From Lingula anatina (Eukaryota; Animalia; Brachiopoda): a stretch of 64,000 nucleotides of DNA. Where the stretch lies: NCBI GenBank assembly GCA_051362555.1, contig CM120640.1, forward strand, positions 21,886,001-21,950,000, in the 5' to 3' direction. The notes under the pieces were generated by a model, which saw nothing but the letters and a program-made list of their open reading frames with translations, made no database searches and was not told the origin of the DNA. Position numbers and translations under genes: made by a program. Shown piece after piece: positions 49,498 through 63,458 of the stretch. Positions within the stretch are counted from its first letter, which is position 1; every line of letters begins with the position of its first letter.

Positions 49498-52400
49498 ATT
49501 ACACTTTCAGTGAATTAGCATAACAAGTCATGAAGGCGATCTGACAGTGAAGCCAACAACGGTATAACCGTCAACACTAACACGCATACCTCATGCATCT
49601 TTCATTGACGCAATCTATTGCGCTTGGGAAGTTTGAGATAAACAAATAAAGGGAAGAAAACTCTGAGAAAAAGTGTTTAGAAGAAAAAAAAGATGGGTAA
49701 TCTCGATACCCAAAACATGGTGGTGCTAAAGACGGAGTGAATAATCTAACGAACAAAGAGTAGAGCAAAAGTGTGTTTTCTGCTCAACTAACACATTTGA
49801 GAAATAACATACTTGTATTTTCAGGTTTATTAATAACAAAATGTTATCAAAATTAATGGCACATCTCTTACAAAAAACTTTGCCTTAAAATGTCATCTTT
49901 GTAAATAGTAAATATAAATTAAAGGTCATATTTTAGTTAACTGCTGTTGTTGATTGCTTTATACTGATGTCTCCTGCGAAAGGGAAATTAAAACAAAAAG
50001 CGTATTCGAAAAATAAATTTTTGTTGGATATATGTAAATATGCATTAAATGCAAGCATTGTAAAACATGAGAATTCCTTGAACTTATTTGAACGTCTAAT
50101 TCATTACAGGCGTTATATAAAGCACCATTCACTAGTAACATAAATGATAACCGACATTTTAAAGGTAAACTTAATAGGATCCAGTATGCTACCTGGAGAG
50201 TAATACCTGTGAGGCTGTTAAATATAGCAGTTGCTTGCTCTGACTGAGTGCTTGCCATCTGCGGTTACTTGCAGTCGGACAACAGGCGGGCGAGGGCTCA
50301 GGCACGTGCTTACTGCGAGCTTCAAGGTAAGTGACTGGAAAACCGTGGATCTTTTAAATCTTTTTTCTACCGTCACCTCTCCTCTCATCTTTCTTTCACT
50401 AGAAATAACTCAAATGAACTGGGCGTGCATCTTTGACATTTGCAGACAGAAAGCGTGAAAGCAATCAAGGTTTTGCATCAAGCGTCCAAGCAACCTTGAG
50501 CAGAAAGTCTTCAAGCTCTATAAATGGTGTCTGCAGGGGCATTTTAAGTCGCATGCTATGACCCTAGGGTAAGTCTCTTAGAATGCAGCATTCGTAAAAC
50601 ACAGTGTTGGCGTTTTTCTATCAGCGATTGTGAACTGCTTTCTTGGCGAAAGTTGGCGACCATGTGTTTTCATAATAAAGGCTGTTTTATCAGATCTAGT
50701 ATGAAAACAAAGGTATTTTCGCCAAGTATACATTCTCACACTGCACCGAGGTTCTGCTACTAACGGCTTTGGAATTTTAATGCCATTTCAGTATTGTTAT
50801 TAACATATTAATTTTTAGCCATATGTGCAATTGTACCTTGACAAATTGTAAAACAACCCCTTGTTTACTAGGGCCTCCTGAATATAAGTATAATTTATGA
50901 GGTGTTTATTCAGGACATTCATATTTATCATAGATTGTGAGATTTTACTTAGGCTAACCTCTCCGTACCCTTAGATTTAGTTACCTGTTATTTTTGGAAG
51001 AGTATTGCGGGCTGGGAACTATTGCCTGCTCTTGGTGGGTTGTGCTAAATCAACCTTATTTTAGGCTTTATGCCTATCGAACACCCGTAGAATCTAGGAC
51101 CTTTATCATATTATAGAACTTAATATGAACGAATTGTCAATGTGACGGTGCTGTGAAAGATATAGGTGAAACAAATATGGGACCTGCGTGCCTTCTTTAA
51201 ATACAATGAAATTAAAATTAGATTACGCCGAAGAACTAGTATTTGAAGCAGGCTCTGAAAATGATTTCACGTTGGCAAGTTAGTGCCTTCCTTAATTTCT
51301 AAGTGAATGACTCACTATATCTGATGTTGATTTAGTTAGCCAAAATTTCTGTGAAAGAAGGAAGATTAAAAACATACCTGACGTAGGTAAGGTAGAGAAT
51401 GGTACTGGGTGCAGAAAATGTGTATGCGTGTACGTGTTTCGTTTAACGATGGCTTAATGTTATCAGGAGGGCAATTTAAAACATTCACTGAAGCCCACAC
51501 TCTAAGTGCGTGGCTGGGTAAGGAATGTGAGGGTATGGATCGTCACACCGCGGCATATGAATACTGCACCGAACCTCTGTTGTTTAATATTGTATTGGCT
51601 GAAATACTGTAAAAGATTATCCAAGATTTTCGTGGAAATGCATGAGAGAACTGCTGATTCTTCTTACCTAAATGTGCAAGACTTTGTACTTCATAAGCAA
51701 TTCAGTTAAAAACGACCACAGAGGATTGGACCGTTGTGCGGTGCGACTTTCTTTTTAATTTCAATGCAGGTACATATGCAAACACACGTCCTTTATACTG
51801 TGATCAGTGAGTTACTTGGCTAACACCTTTCATGCATTTTAAACAACCTTAACTTTTGAGATTGTTTGGCACCTCACACAGATAATTTTTTGCCTTTAGA
51901 ATGCCGTCTGCATGTTTTGGAAGTTCAAAAAATGGTAATATGAGTCACTCCATATTATGGCGGAACCAGAATTTGAGGCAATTACTAGTCAGAAGGATTT
52001 TTTTTATATAAAACATCAGCACCTATGGAAGCCAATCATACTGCAAACTTAAACAGGCGTTATTTGAAAAAATAAAAATAAAATAAAGATTTAGATAAAA
52101 AAATAAAAGGACAATTAATAGATGGAATTTGATAAATAATGAGATAATGGATGGATAAAAACACCGCATTGAACTTTTTATACAGTTCCGTTGACTACCA
52201 GTATTTTCTTGGCAGAGTTTTGAAATGTTAATAAAATGTGAAAAGAACAAAATAGCACTCTGAACTAAGGCAGCCGCAAAAAGTACACTTCATGAGGTAA
52301 TAAAACAGAGGTGGTAAAACAAATTGATTTTAAGTAATTTTTATTTTATTTTATCTTTCTTTATATTGTATTGCAAAATAAAACGACATAAAAGTGTATC

Positions 52401-54259
52401 ATCCAGAGCGGCTGTTGGTTTAGTGATTTTACACACGCCATAGCCATTTTCACGCCATGCCCATTTCCGTCGATGCGGTATTAGAAAAACTTGATAATTC
52501 TGCTGAATGAGACTTCTCCCTCTTTCAGTGCACCGGGTTATGTGCATCCTGCTTCTAATGATAAACTTCTTGATTTTAGTGCGTTTCACCCACCTGGAAT
52601 TCCAATTCATTTATCATAGTTCACTGGTTGCCTATGGCGCTTCTTGGGTCAGGTCTTACTCTAGAACAGATCGAAAATAGGTGAAATTTGCTTGAAAGCA
52701 TTTCGATTAAAGTAATACAATTATGAGAGATTTTATGTATACATATCGAGGGGGAACTTTTAAAAGAAAAATAAAACACTTATTTAACATAGTTGCACTG
52801 CAAATCAGTATTAAACAAGACGGACGATGTATGGTCAAACTGAGTTTACCCTTTACTGTGAAGTTATTATCACTTTATTACCCCCCCCCCCCTTCTCTCG
52901 GTGATTCAAAAGAGGTAACACATTTACATACTACTTTATAATTATTAAATACAAAGAAGTATAACCTCTAGACGAGGCACAATCGCCACATTCCCACCTG
53001 CCTCAATTTATTCATTTCACAACCTTTCGTCGGCTGCGCGCCCGCAGTTTTACAATTGGAAATAAAACCATCATTCTTTCTTGAAGGTAATCCTTATAAT
53101 CTCTCCAGCAAACACTTCAGTCTCCAGCCTTTGGGTACTTTACCAGGGAGAGTGAGGGCATTTTATGTGGGTCAGGAGGACTGGCATTGCCTTCATCTCC
53201 GTGCAGGGCTACAGATAGGTAAATACAGACTAAAAATCAATTCATTTCAGCGATTATGTGTTACTAATAATTGCCATAATAGACATAGGTTTTGAAGCAC
53301 AACTGAAATTGTTTTCTTGCCAACACGTACGGGATGTAAAACTAGCTATCTAGCACGCCTGGAAGTTTTACACCTGCCGCAGTTCAACTTACAACTTGGC
53401 AGTATTGATCTAACCAGTGGGAGGCAGGCATGGGCTAGAATTTCATCCCGCTGTCAATACCAAAATAACTGAGAAGATGGGAATATCGCATATTATAAAA
53501 AAAATCCCGAACTCGGCAATGGTGCAGCGGTTTCATTTAGCTATCTAGAATCTCATTTTTCAATTTTTGATTAGTTTTATCATCCCTACTAGTTATACGG
53601 TAGATGTTACTGGCCAAGGCACAGGTAGCGTATAGAGGCCCTGTAAACTGATTCATAGTACCCAGGTGCGAGAGGTTGCTATTTGCGAGTATACATTTAT
53701 GTTTTCCCGAAAAAAAACTTTCATTACGGCAACGACAGCAATTGGATATATTATCACGCATCAAAGCGATTTTAAAATGTACTTTCAAAATGCTGCCTTC
53801 ACCAAATGATACACCAAGAAATCTGCGGCACAGGGATAGTTCATACTGCAGGGTGGTTAAATCCGAATATTTATCAACTATGTCCATGATCAAAGTGCAG
53901 TCTTCTCCTACAAACACAGGGTGGGCCAAGACGTAGGGAAATCCTAACATAGTAACGTCTAACGGATCTTGAGCCCCGGATTTTAACATCATTATTTCCA
54001 TAGAGGTATCGAAAATTGGGTTTTCTGCTTTTCTTTGACGATCTATATATGCCAGATGTACATGTAACTGTTTTGCGTTGGTTTTATTTCAAATTATTAA
54101 GGTGAAATATCATAGGTAAACAACATTCCTTACACATATATTTACCTACCTGTCGATGTATTCCATAAAGTTTCTAAATCGAACTGAGATGTGTGAAAAA
54201 AATATGATCATAGATGTTTTAAATATCCATAAATGAATCCAAAAATGCTTGCAAGTGAA

Positions 54260-54308
<49 letters not shown>

Positions 54309-55584
54309 GAAATCATCATCATTTCATAGTCTGTTATGACTTAGATCCCACGTCTAGCCCAGGGGCCACCGTGTTTCTGGGAATATTGCCGGCAATTTGA
54401 GAAACTCTCTGGAAACTCTTGAGTAGTTAACTATGTATTATCTATATCTGATTTGCTTTATCCGGAAAACATGCCCGACTCGTCAGATCGCCCTCTTTGA
54501 TCTGCGCGTCAGTTAAACAAATGTTCCCTATACCTGTTGCAACCCTTTTTCTTCTGTTAACCTCCTATTTTTCATGAATAATCTCCTCTGTAATTATATA
54601 GATGCCGGTTCCTCTTTTTTCTAACCTTTGCTTAGACCCCATTAAAATTGCATAAATGCTTTGCACTTTGCACTATTCTTCCTTCTCTCTGTCCAGTTAG
54701 TGGCTTTAAAATTTATTTTTGTATCTATATCAGTATCACTTCTGAAATTATTCTTTTCAAGGGTATGCTAACTTGAGATACAAGTCAGTCCTTTTTATGC
54801 GTTCAAGGTCGATTCTCAGAGATCCAATGGTTCGGTAATCTTAGTGTTGAACGTAGTATTGCATTATTGAATATTGACCAGGGTCACATTCCAAAGAAGA
54901 TCCGGTCCCTTTTTCCCGGGGTTAAAAGTGCCCCATCATACGCGCACAAAACACACACACACACACACACACACACATGAAGATGCTGTAGACAGACATG
55001 TAGATATTGGAGGTAACAATTTCAATAGTAGCTGTTGATTGAAGAAAAATCACTTTACTTTTATACTATTACACAGCAGCTGATGAAATTCTTCTCTGAC
55101 ACACACACACACACACACACACACGCCCGCGCACGCATGGAATATTTTCCTTTCTCGATAGAAAATATAATTATCGACTCACTGCAGCGGTCAACAAGCA
55201 CATCTTCCGAGAGGCTGCATTTCGCTTTATTTATCCGGGCATTCCTTATTTAGAATACCATTTTGTTTTGAATGCCGCAAGAATGATATGAACGCTATTA
55301 GGTCAAAATTTCTGTCAAGCAGATGAAATACCAATAGTTAGTGTTGTGTGAAATCTACTGCATGTACAGCTGATAACTTTTAGTACAGCATTAAGTTCGG
55401 AATATTTTTCCATACACCCGATGAAGAGGTACTGCCTTGTTGATCACTATTCAACATCTTTATTCTTAGAGTAGGGTTGTATAGCAGAAAGGTAGGGATT
55501 CTATAGGACTTTGCATAGAGATATGTTCTGCCATGCTTCGTGTATATCACACATCAGGATGATGTGCATGTCGTGTATAGGTGT

Positions 55585-55831
55585 CAGTGGCGGAGTTAGG
55601 GGGGTGTCAGGACCCCCCCCCCCCTTCTATTTCTGAAAAAATCACACCACAGGTCCCCTCTTCTAATTAGAATTTCGATTAGCTAAATCATAGTTCTAAA
55701 CTAGCAAATGGCACCGTTCGCTCTCTAAAATACCAAAAAAATTTGGGACCCTTCAGCGGGCCCCGACCCCCAAAAGGGGGGGGGGGGTCGGCTTTGCATC
55801 CGCGGACCCTCCTTCAAATAATCCGCCCCTG
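55585..55831. mobile_element. GC-rich hAT-like MITE (family of 31764-32054)
   Basis: CAGTGGCGGA / TCCGCCCCTG termini; internal similarity to the 31.8-kb copy. Confidence 0.75.
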
Positions 55832-58800
55832 GATGCGTAGCAGAGTGATAGACGCACAAGTTTGTGAAATATTGATGTGAAACTTGAGTAAGTCGATATA
55901 AGAAGTGGCGACAAAGTTTATACGTGTATATTGCCGAAAGCAGCAGTGCCCTTTCTCTTGCTTCGAAACAAAATTATTTTAGGTGCACATTGAAAAACTA
56001 ATGAAAATAATTAAATTTTAATATGTGATCCCCCATTTAAAATGAATATTGGATACATGTACAATCCGATTCGGCATCCAAAGCGGCTTTATAGGTCGAG
56101 AATTTACAAAGAGTCAATCTTATCATGAGAAGAGACTGGAAGTAAAAACATGATGCTTCGCAACAAATTCGTTTTTTGTTTACATATTGGATTTAAAATC
56201 TCGTTGGTACAATTTTAGATCCGCTGTAAGTAAATATAGTGCCATGAAGCCATCTGCGAGATACTACAGTGTATGAAATAGAAGGATGAGAAAGAAAATC
56301 TTAATAATTATTTTATTTTCGTCAGGATGTCTCAATACATACCATTCAATTAAAAAGAAAAAAAGGTCTTCTGTCAGTTCTGTTAGCATTAAAGCATGTT
56401 AACCTTTTGACTGTGCACATTCATTCGATGTTAACACGTCTCCAGTGGGTGTAATAAGCGGGGTTGGTGTGAAGGTCAATGACCACAGGTGTTTCAGACA
56501 CTAAACTAGTTGTTTCTTGAAGGTGTGCGTTCGGAAGCAGTCGGAGGTTTTCAGAATAGCGATGAATTTATGGCAGTATCAACTTGAACGGCTAGACAAG
56601 ACTGGACCACATGGCTACAGTGAAACTATCCGCTTTTTATATACAATGTGGACATTTATTTCAATAATGAAAGACTACTAAGAGTATATTAATAATTTTC
56701 AAATGCCAGCATCACACGTGTATGTAGAAGTGGTCAAATAACAAATGTCGGCGTATTTTGTTACAAAACAAAAGTGGTTGGTCTCACCACAAAGGTGTGG
56801 ACTGTACTTCATCTGTACCCTCTGATATCAGGGGTTTTAAAATAGTATACAAAATTTAAGTATGCAACACAATTATTTGGTAACAGACGACCAGCGAGAG
56901 TACTTCGTCTCCGGGTGTTTGTACACAGAATTTGCCGTCGAACAAAATTAGATTAAAACGTCTTCATACATTCGGAAAAATGCTATTTACAAACAACAAG
57001 AAATTAAAAATCTAACCTAGCCGTACCCAACTGCATCTAAATGTCCGTTCTCGCAGTCTTAGAGAACTCAAGAGAAAAACTAGTGGACAAATATGGTGTC
57101 TCCACATCAATTTTGTTTGATTCTAAATTTGACGTTGAAAGTGATATAGCAAACATAAGCACAGATTAGGCATAATAGACCTTGATATTTGTTTGATCGA
57201 GCATGAGTTATTTTCAGTTGATTTACTTGTTAATGTGTTTTTGTTTGTTTACTCCGGACACGGGTGCCATGAGCGCTGGCGGGGTAACGGGCACCTGTCA
57301 CCGCGCTGTGGATGTCCATCTCTACAGTGTAATCCCGGACAAGAGGTCTTAATGTTTTTGGGTAGAAGATTTTTTGCAGGGTTTCTTTATTTCTTTAAAA
57401 AACATAACAACTGCACGTAAATGGGTTAACCCATCATACTAGTTTTTGGAAATGTCTTTTTTTTTCAAAAATTGTATATCATTAATATCAAATCTGATTA
57501 TTCATGACTTTTTTTGTGGAAAATTACTATATATCAAACGACAGAAAACGGTTCAGAAACGCTAATGAATTTCTTATTTCGTATGAAATTGAAAGATGCT
57601 ATTTAATAAGGATATTAAATAGTAAGATTTTATTGCTGTTTCTGCATCTGAACTGCATCTTGAATAGAAAACTAAAAGTATAAATTGGAAATGATGATGA
57701 TATTTCAAGCAAAGTCTTGATACAGACATTTATAACTTGGACGCGTTGAAGCCGTTCGGGTCATAAATATTTGCATACTGTTATAAATGTTTGGTTTGGA
57801 AGAATAAAATGACGTCAGCATTCCCTTCTCCTTGCAAATGCACTGTACGGCACAAAGCCGACGTTGCTCTAAGACCCGTTATAAGCAAACACACTAATAA
57901 CAGCAATTAGGTCCAAAAAGGAAAACGATTTTAAAGTTTTGAATGTTGTCGACGATGACTTTAATGAGCAACAATGTCGGGATACACATCTTGCGGGCAA
58001 CTCATAGTTATCACGATAGACGTCTGCCGGTAGGTTGTAGTAGTGCAGTATATATGCTATCCTATCCTATCCTCTGACCTTTGATCGCATTTTTCCAGCT
58101 CGTAGTAGTGGAGTTAGTTCAGCCTCGGAAACTCCGGGGTTGGATTCGTTTTTGAAAGGCTCCCGGGGACGGTGTGAGCGTTGAGTGATGGATGCTGGGT
58201 TATTCTTAGCGTGAGTACACGTTTTCTAGTCTCAGGGCCTCCCGTAGGTTCTAGGGTGATGTCGAGATTTAAGCAAGGTCTGCACGTCAATGTACCAAGA
58301 GGCATGCATCCTCTTCTTCCCCTGCTAAGACCCTCAAGTGGCTTGGATAACGATGGCAGTGAGTGTGTAAAAATATAACGGGGCTTGTGATAACATATCG
58401 CGTTTCATTACCAGCTATGCTTTTCATAATTATTACTGAGAAAAAAAGTTACTTTAAGCGCAAGCATCTTACACAACGGTATTAACGTACAGCTGCTCCG
58501 TATTCCGCGAGACTCCATGGCTGGCGTCTGCTACCTGCACGCATTAAATGTCTGTGTGGCGGGATAGAATGTCACTACCTTAAATGGCAACACACGTTCA
58601 TGAGCTCCTCACTGCATCTAGAGCCTCGGTTGTTTGTAATAAACAGCTCAAAATTGAAAGTAGTCAGTTACTTCAGCGAGAAAACATAATAGATGTAGCC
58701 AGAGGTTGGCCTATACCGAGTCAATGAAAAATACATATAGCGAGACTTTCATATTTTGAAAGCTAGCCAGCGTGTGCTATATATTTTGCCGTATTGAACA

Positions 58801-59012
58801 GGATATGAGTCCATTTTTCGAGCATCCCAGTGTTTTGCAATATACTTGCGTCAAAAGAATGTAAATGAGAATACAAAGAAAGGAGATCAAAATCTTCTCA
58901 ATTGTTTAAAAAAAATTATTATTGATTTAATCACCACAATATACATTTGTCCTTGTTTTGACACGTAGAATTGAATTCAGCCAATGTATTCTGTTCTCAG
59001 TCCTAGTACACC

Positions 59013-59043
<31 letters not shown>

Positions 59044-60212
59044 ACACACCTTCGTAAGTGGGTTAATGAACATACAGGAATTTTTAAGAATTCGTTATTC
59101 CTAAACTGTCCGCTGATATGATGATGGCTCTTGTGCGATCCTGTCATATCCCAATGTCCAGAAATATTCGCTTCAGTCGCTTTGACATTTTTAGGCTGGT
59201 GACCCAGTGCAGGAATATGTAAGGTAAACGTGTGGTAGAGCAGGAGTTGTCTCTAAATAAACTGTTTTAAACCTTGAAATATCATCCTTTGCGCAGTCAA
59301 CAGATATTTATACATCAATATAAATATACAGAGCTAGGGGAGGGCAACTAAATACGTTGGTGTCTTGCAACTTTGAGCCACCAGCTTTTTTACGATTTTG
59401 ATGTGTCAAACAGGTGCGAACCCTGGGTCTCTATTATATATAAAGTCCCTGGTGTAAAATGTACTTGTGTTCTTAGGGCTTATAATTTGGCGTTGATTGA
59501 TAATGTTTTTGTAAATCAATTGATATATCTTAAATGAAGAGATGTTGGAATTTATATTTAATGTTCTAAAGGGAGGTATATTTAAACACACAATTTTAAG
59601 TTGGCTCTGTATCATTTCTTCAGAATGACAGCCCATGATGGAAGACATCATAATCAATGTTTTGCACATACAGTATGTCTGTACGCGTAGTTAAAGTTGA
59701 GAATGCCTTGCTTCACATTGCTCAACTTCTGCCTGTCAATTTTCTTTATCCTACGCAATCTGTCTGAATGGTATTCAGGCTGAGAATTCACGCAAGTTTC
59801 TTAGGCATGCGTAGGTTTTTTGGTCTTAAAGTAATGCTGTATACTCTGGCTTTTTTCAAACGTTCTTTTTACACAGGTGAAATATGTAAACCTGAGTAAC
59901 GTTTGTTTGGTTAATAGTGTGTTAAGTTGATTGCGGGGGCTGTGCTGGTTAATCTGGCAATTGCAGAATGTGTGGAAACTTGACACAATATTATTTCTAA
60001 TTATGTAATAGATCATAAGGCTTTGCCAACATTCGGATTAGGGAGAGAAGTGTTTGGCTTGTGTATATACTATATGGGTGTGCATGTTACTGTTATCATT
60101 TAACGCTTTAACCAAAATGGATATTTGCAACGTAGGGGCGAGTTCAGATACGAACACTAGTTCTTCAAGAATAAGATAATCACTCTCTGATGCTCTCTGT
60201 CTCTCTCTCTCT

Positions 60213-60243
<31 letters not shown>

Positions 60244-60574
60244 TCACACACACACACACACAGGTAAATGACAAATAACTTTTAACTCGCTTTTATTATT
60301 AATCCTTTTGCATAAACTTATATGATTGCAAAGTTGGAAGATAGATATTTTTTGTTGATGATTGCATTACTGACACATATTTTGTCAATACTGACGTGTT
60401 TGTTGCTTCCATAACGTTTTTGTCTGCTCTGTACATTTTAAGAAAATTCTACTTAACAATTTGTAATTTGGTTTTTTCACTCCGTTACTATAAATAAAAG
60501 GCTTCGTGGACAACGATGAGTCAATATTTTATTTTAATATTTTCAGACCTGAGGCTTTCACTTCCTCGGCCAGC

Positions 60575-62131
60575 ATGGCGGATTCAGAACAGGGCACCAA
60601 GGAAGAAAAATCGGCAGAAGCAGTGGTCGAGTCAGTGGCACCAGACGCGCCCAAGGATGTTACCGCGGAAACACAAAACGAAACATCGGGTGAACCGCCT
60701 GCCACTGATTCAGCAAATGACGTCGAACCCGTCCCCGATGTCCAAGTCGAAACAGGGCCACAAATGTCGGAGGTAGAATCAGAGGCAAAGGGGCAAGCAG
60801 CTCAAGAAGTGAAAGCAGAAGAACTAGTAGAACCAGCCGGATCTGAGACCTCTGATACAAAACAAAACGTGCGTTTTGCAGGAGAAGATAACCTACCAAA
60901 AGTTTCTGCCACTACAACAGACTATGTAACTGTAACAAATTTCCCAGAAAAGCCAGTTTTTGACGAGGAAAAACTTCGAAGTGAAAACATATGGGCGAAG
61001 ACAACGGGTGCAAGAAACTTGGTTAAGTGTCAAGAGCAATTGATGAAGTTGCTTGGGAATCTACACAACGAACTAGACAGAGCAGACTCCGATATCTCAC
61101 GCACTTGCCCGACCGGTACTAGGGGTCACAAGACTTCTCACAGTTATCACTACGAGGACGAGGACGAGGATGAGGATTACGAGCCACCCCCTCGATACCC
61201 AAGAGTAGCCGCACTCGCCGGGTATGGCAGGGAAACCTCCAAGTCACGTTCAATTTCCCGCGAGGAGACGCCCGAGTACGAGCCCCCTCGCTACCGTAGC
61301 TACGAAGCTAGTCTGTCGCGGTACCGCCCTACGTACGCCGACAGTTTTTCCTCTCGCTATCCACGAGTATCTTCTTCAGTTGACCGCGAGTCAACTGGCT
61401 CTGCGGACGCCTACGTGCCCCACTACGGTAGTTCCTACGGCAGCACCTACGTGCCTGGATCTTACACAAGGAGGTACGGAACGGGCAACATAGACCATAG
61501 AGAGGACGAGGGGTCTTATCGCTATGGGAGCGCCTACGCTCATCGCCCGAACATCGGCTATTCATTTGAACCTGAAGGTGAAGGGTATACCGAGTACGAA
61601 CCTGAGACAAAACCACTCCATCGCCATCGCTCCCTATCCCCCGAAGACCCCTCTCTCACGGAAGACCTACCGGCCACGTCTTCCTACCTTAGGAAGAGTT
61701 ACACTCCTCGCTACACTCCAGTGGTTGAAGATACTCAAGGAGATTCTGATTACCCAGGAAGTCGTTATTCGTATCAAAGAAGCACCGTGCCTCCTTATGC
61801 CACGGATAACACGGACAACTTCCAGTCTACCTACAGAGCTTCATTTGCACCCTCGGCTAGCAAAGAACGAGAATCTGTGGATAATACATCAAGTTTAGAA
61901 AGTCGCATTGCGTCCGGCGACACTTTTATTGGCCTGCTTTCAGACTATGCTTCTCGCATCCGGGAGAGAAACCCCGGAAGAAACGACGACGATTTGCTGT
62001 CTGTCAGACCGAGATACGAGGCCCGGGCCTTGTCCCCATCGCTTCCGCGCTATACACCCGGGAGCTATCGGGAGAGGCAGGGAAGCCAATACCGCCACAC
62101 CAGCCCACCTCGCGTCGCCTCCAAGGTGTAA
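60575..62131 (+). CDS. Uncharacterised low-complexity protein (518 aa if this is the whole CDS): acidic N-terminus, short coiled coil, Tyr/Ser/Arg/Pro-rich tail
   Basis: 1.6-kb GC-elevated open frame; acceptor TTTTCAG at 60546; Kozak AGCATGG; ends ...ASKV*. Confidence 0.8.
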   Translation: MADSEQGTKEEKSAEAVVESVAPDAPKDVTAETQNETSGEPPATDSANDVEPVPDVQVETGPQMSEVESEAKGQAAQEVKAEELVEPAGSETSDTKQNVRFAGEDNLPKVSATTTDYVTVTNFPEKPVFDEEKLRSENIWAKTTGARNLVKCQEQLMKLLGNLHNELDRADSDISRTCPTGTRGHKTSHSYHYEDEDEDEDYEPPPRYPRVAALAGYGRETSKSRSISREETPEYEPPRYRSYEASLSRYRPTYADSFSSRYPRVSSSVDRESTGSADAYVPHYGSSYGSTYVPGSYTRRYGTGNIDHREDEGSYRYGSAYAHRPNIGYSFEPEGEGYTEYEPETKPLHRHRSLSPEDPSLTEDLPATSSYLRKSYTPRYTPVVEDTQGDSDYPGSRYSYQRSTVPPYATDNTDNFQSTYRASFAPSASKERESVDNTSSLESRIASGDTFIGLLSDYASRIRERNPGRNDDDLLSVRPRYEARALSPSLPRYTPGSYRERQGSQYRHTSPPRVASKV

Positions 62132-63421
62132 GATTCACCTCTGTTGACGGCGTCTTTCAAAAATGAAAAGAGTAAAAGAAGTACAAAATGGTGCTGACAG
62201 ACCTAGTCGCGTAACATTGCCGAGCTCTTCGAAATACGGCTACGTTCAACTCTTGAGGAGGGACTGTAAAAATAACATAACCAGGTACTACAGATCCTGT
62301 CGTGTGCAGTAGGAATGTTTTAGTCCCAGAAGAAATGAAACTTGTGTGCCCCATTGGTGTCTGGAACTGAGCGGCGGTGTGGTCATGGGGGGACAGGCTA
62401 GGTTCACGGGAACAAATCACAAACGGGCCGCTGTCTGCCACACAAAAGTTTCGTTCTTGCTCACCACGAGGTAGTCGACTGTCATTGAAACAATTCCTGG
62501 ATCCAGGACTAATATTCCCTTTTTAACCATGTTGTTAGCCCAGCGCATCTTCTCTCCTGTTCCTTTCAACCTGAAGTTAATGACAATCGCCTACTCTCGT
62601 CCTGGGCCGGTTAAGGGTTTGTGTGCGGTCGAGAAAAGGGACTTTTTGTGGACGTGTCCTAAAACAGATGAGAAACACAGGTGGCGTTACTTGGACATAA
62701 GGAAGTGCCAATTTTACATATGCGTAACCAGAACATTTTAACCCTCAATGTAAGCTTATAGACAAAGAGTGCTCATTTGTTACGATGCAGTAGTCCGTCA
62801 ATTGAATTATACAAATTTGTACCAACAAGTTGCATATATCAGTCCGTTTTATAAACTTTGATACAAGTCGTGTACATTTTCCGTACCTGAGTTGTTTGTG
62901 GTTATACAATTTGTATCTATGAAATTATCAAATATACAATCAATGCTGAAGTTTGGATCCAAAAATCAGTGAATAAAAACCGGTTGGCCAACAAATTTGA
63001 TGTCTTTTATTATTCCTTTCAAAGAATTGTGGATAACTTATGGGCAGCATTTTAGTTTTATCTGAATGTAGAAGGAAGAGAATTTATGGACAATTTATCA
63101 AAAACACAGACTTGTCCTAGATAGGACGGCGTCTCTGAGATCGATTTCCGCCTTCGAATTCAAATCGAAACAGGTACATCCAGTCATTAAGAAAAAGTAG
63201 ATCATTCGCTGGCTGAAAATAAATATATAGATGTTATAAAAAGATGAAAAGGTCAAATTGTCATAACAGAATAATCCGCTATGAATGTGGATGAAACATC
63301 ACAGGTTTGTGAAATTGACGAGCGTGTATTTATATTGTTCTAAGGCAATTGTTCCAATATCGTTCTAAGATACCAGTATTATATCCCCGCTCAGTTTTCA
63401 TCACTACCTCACAGGTAGGAG

Positions 63422-63458
<37 letters not shown>

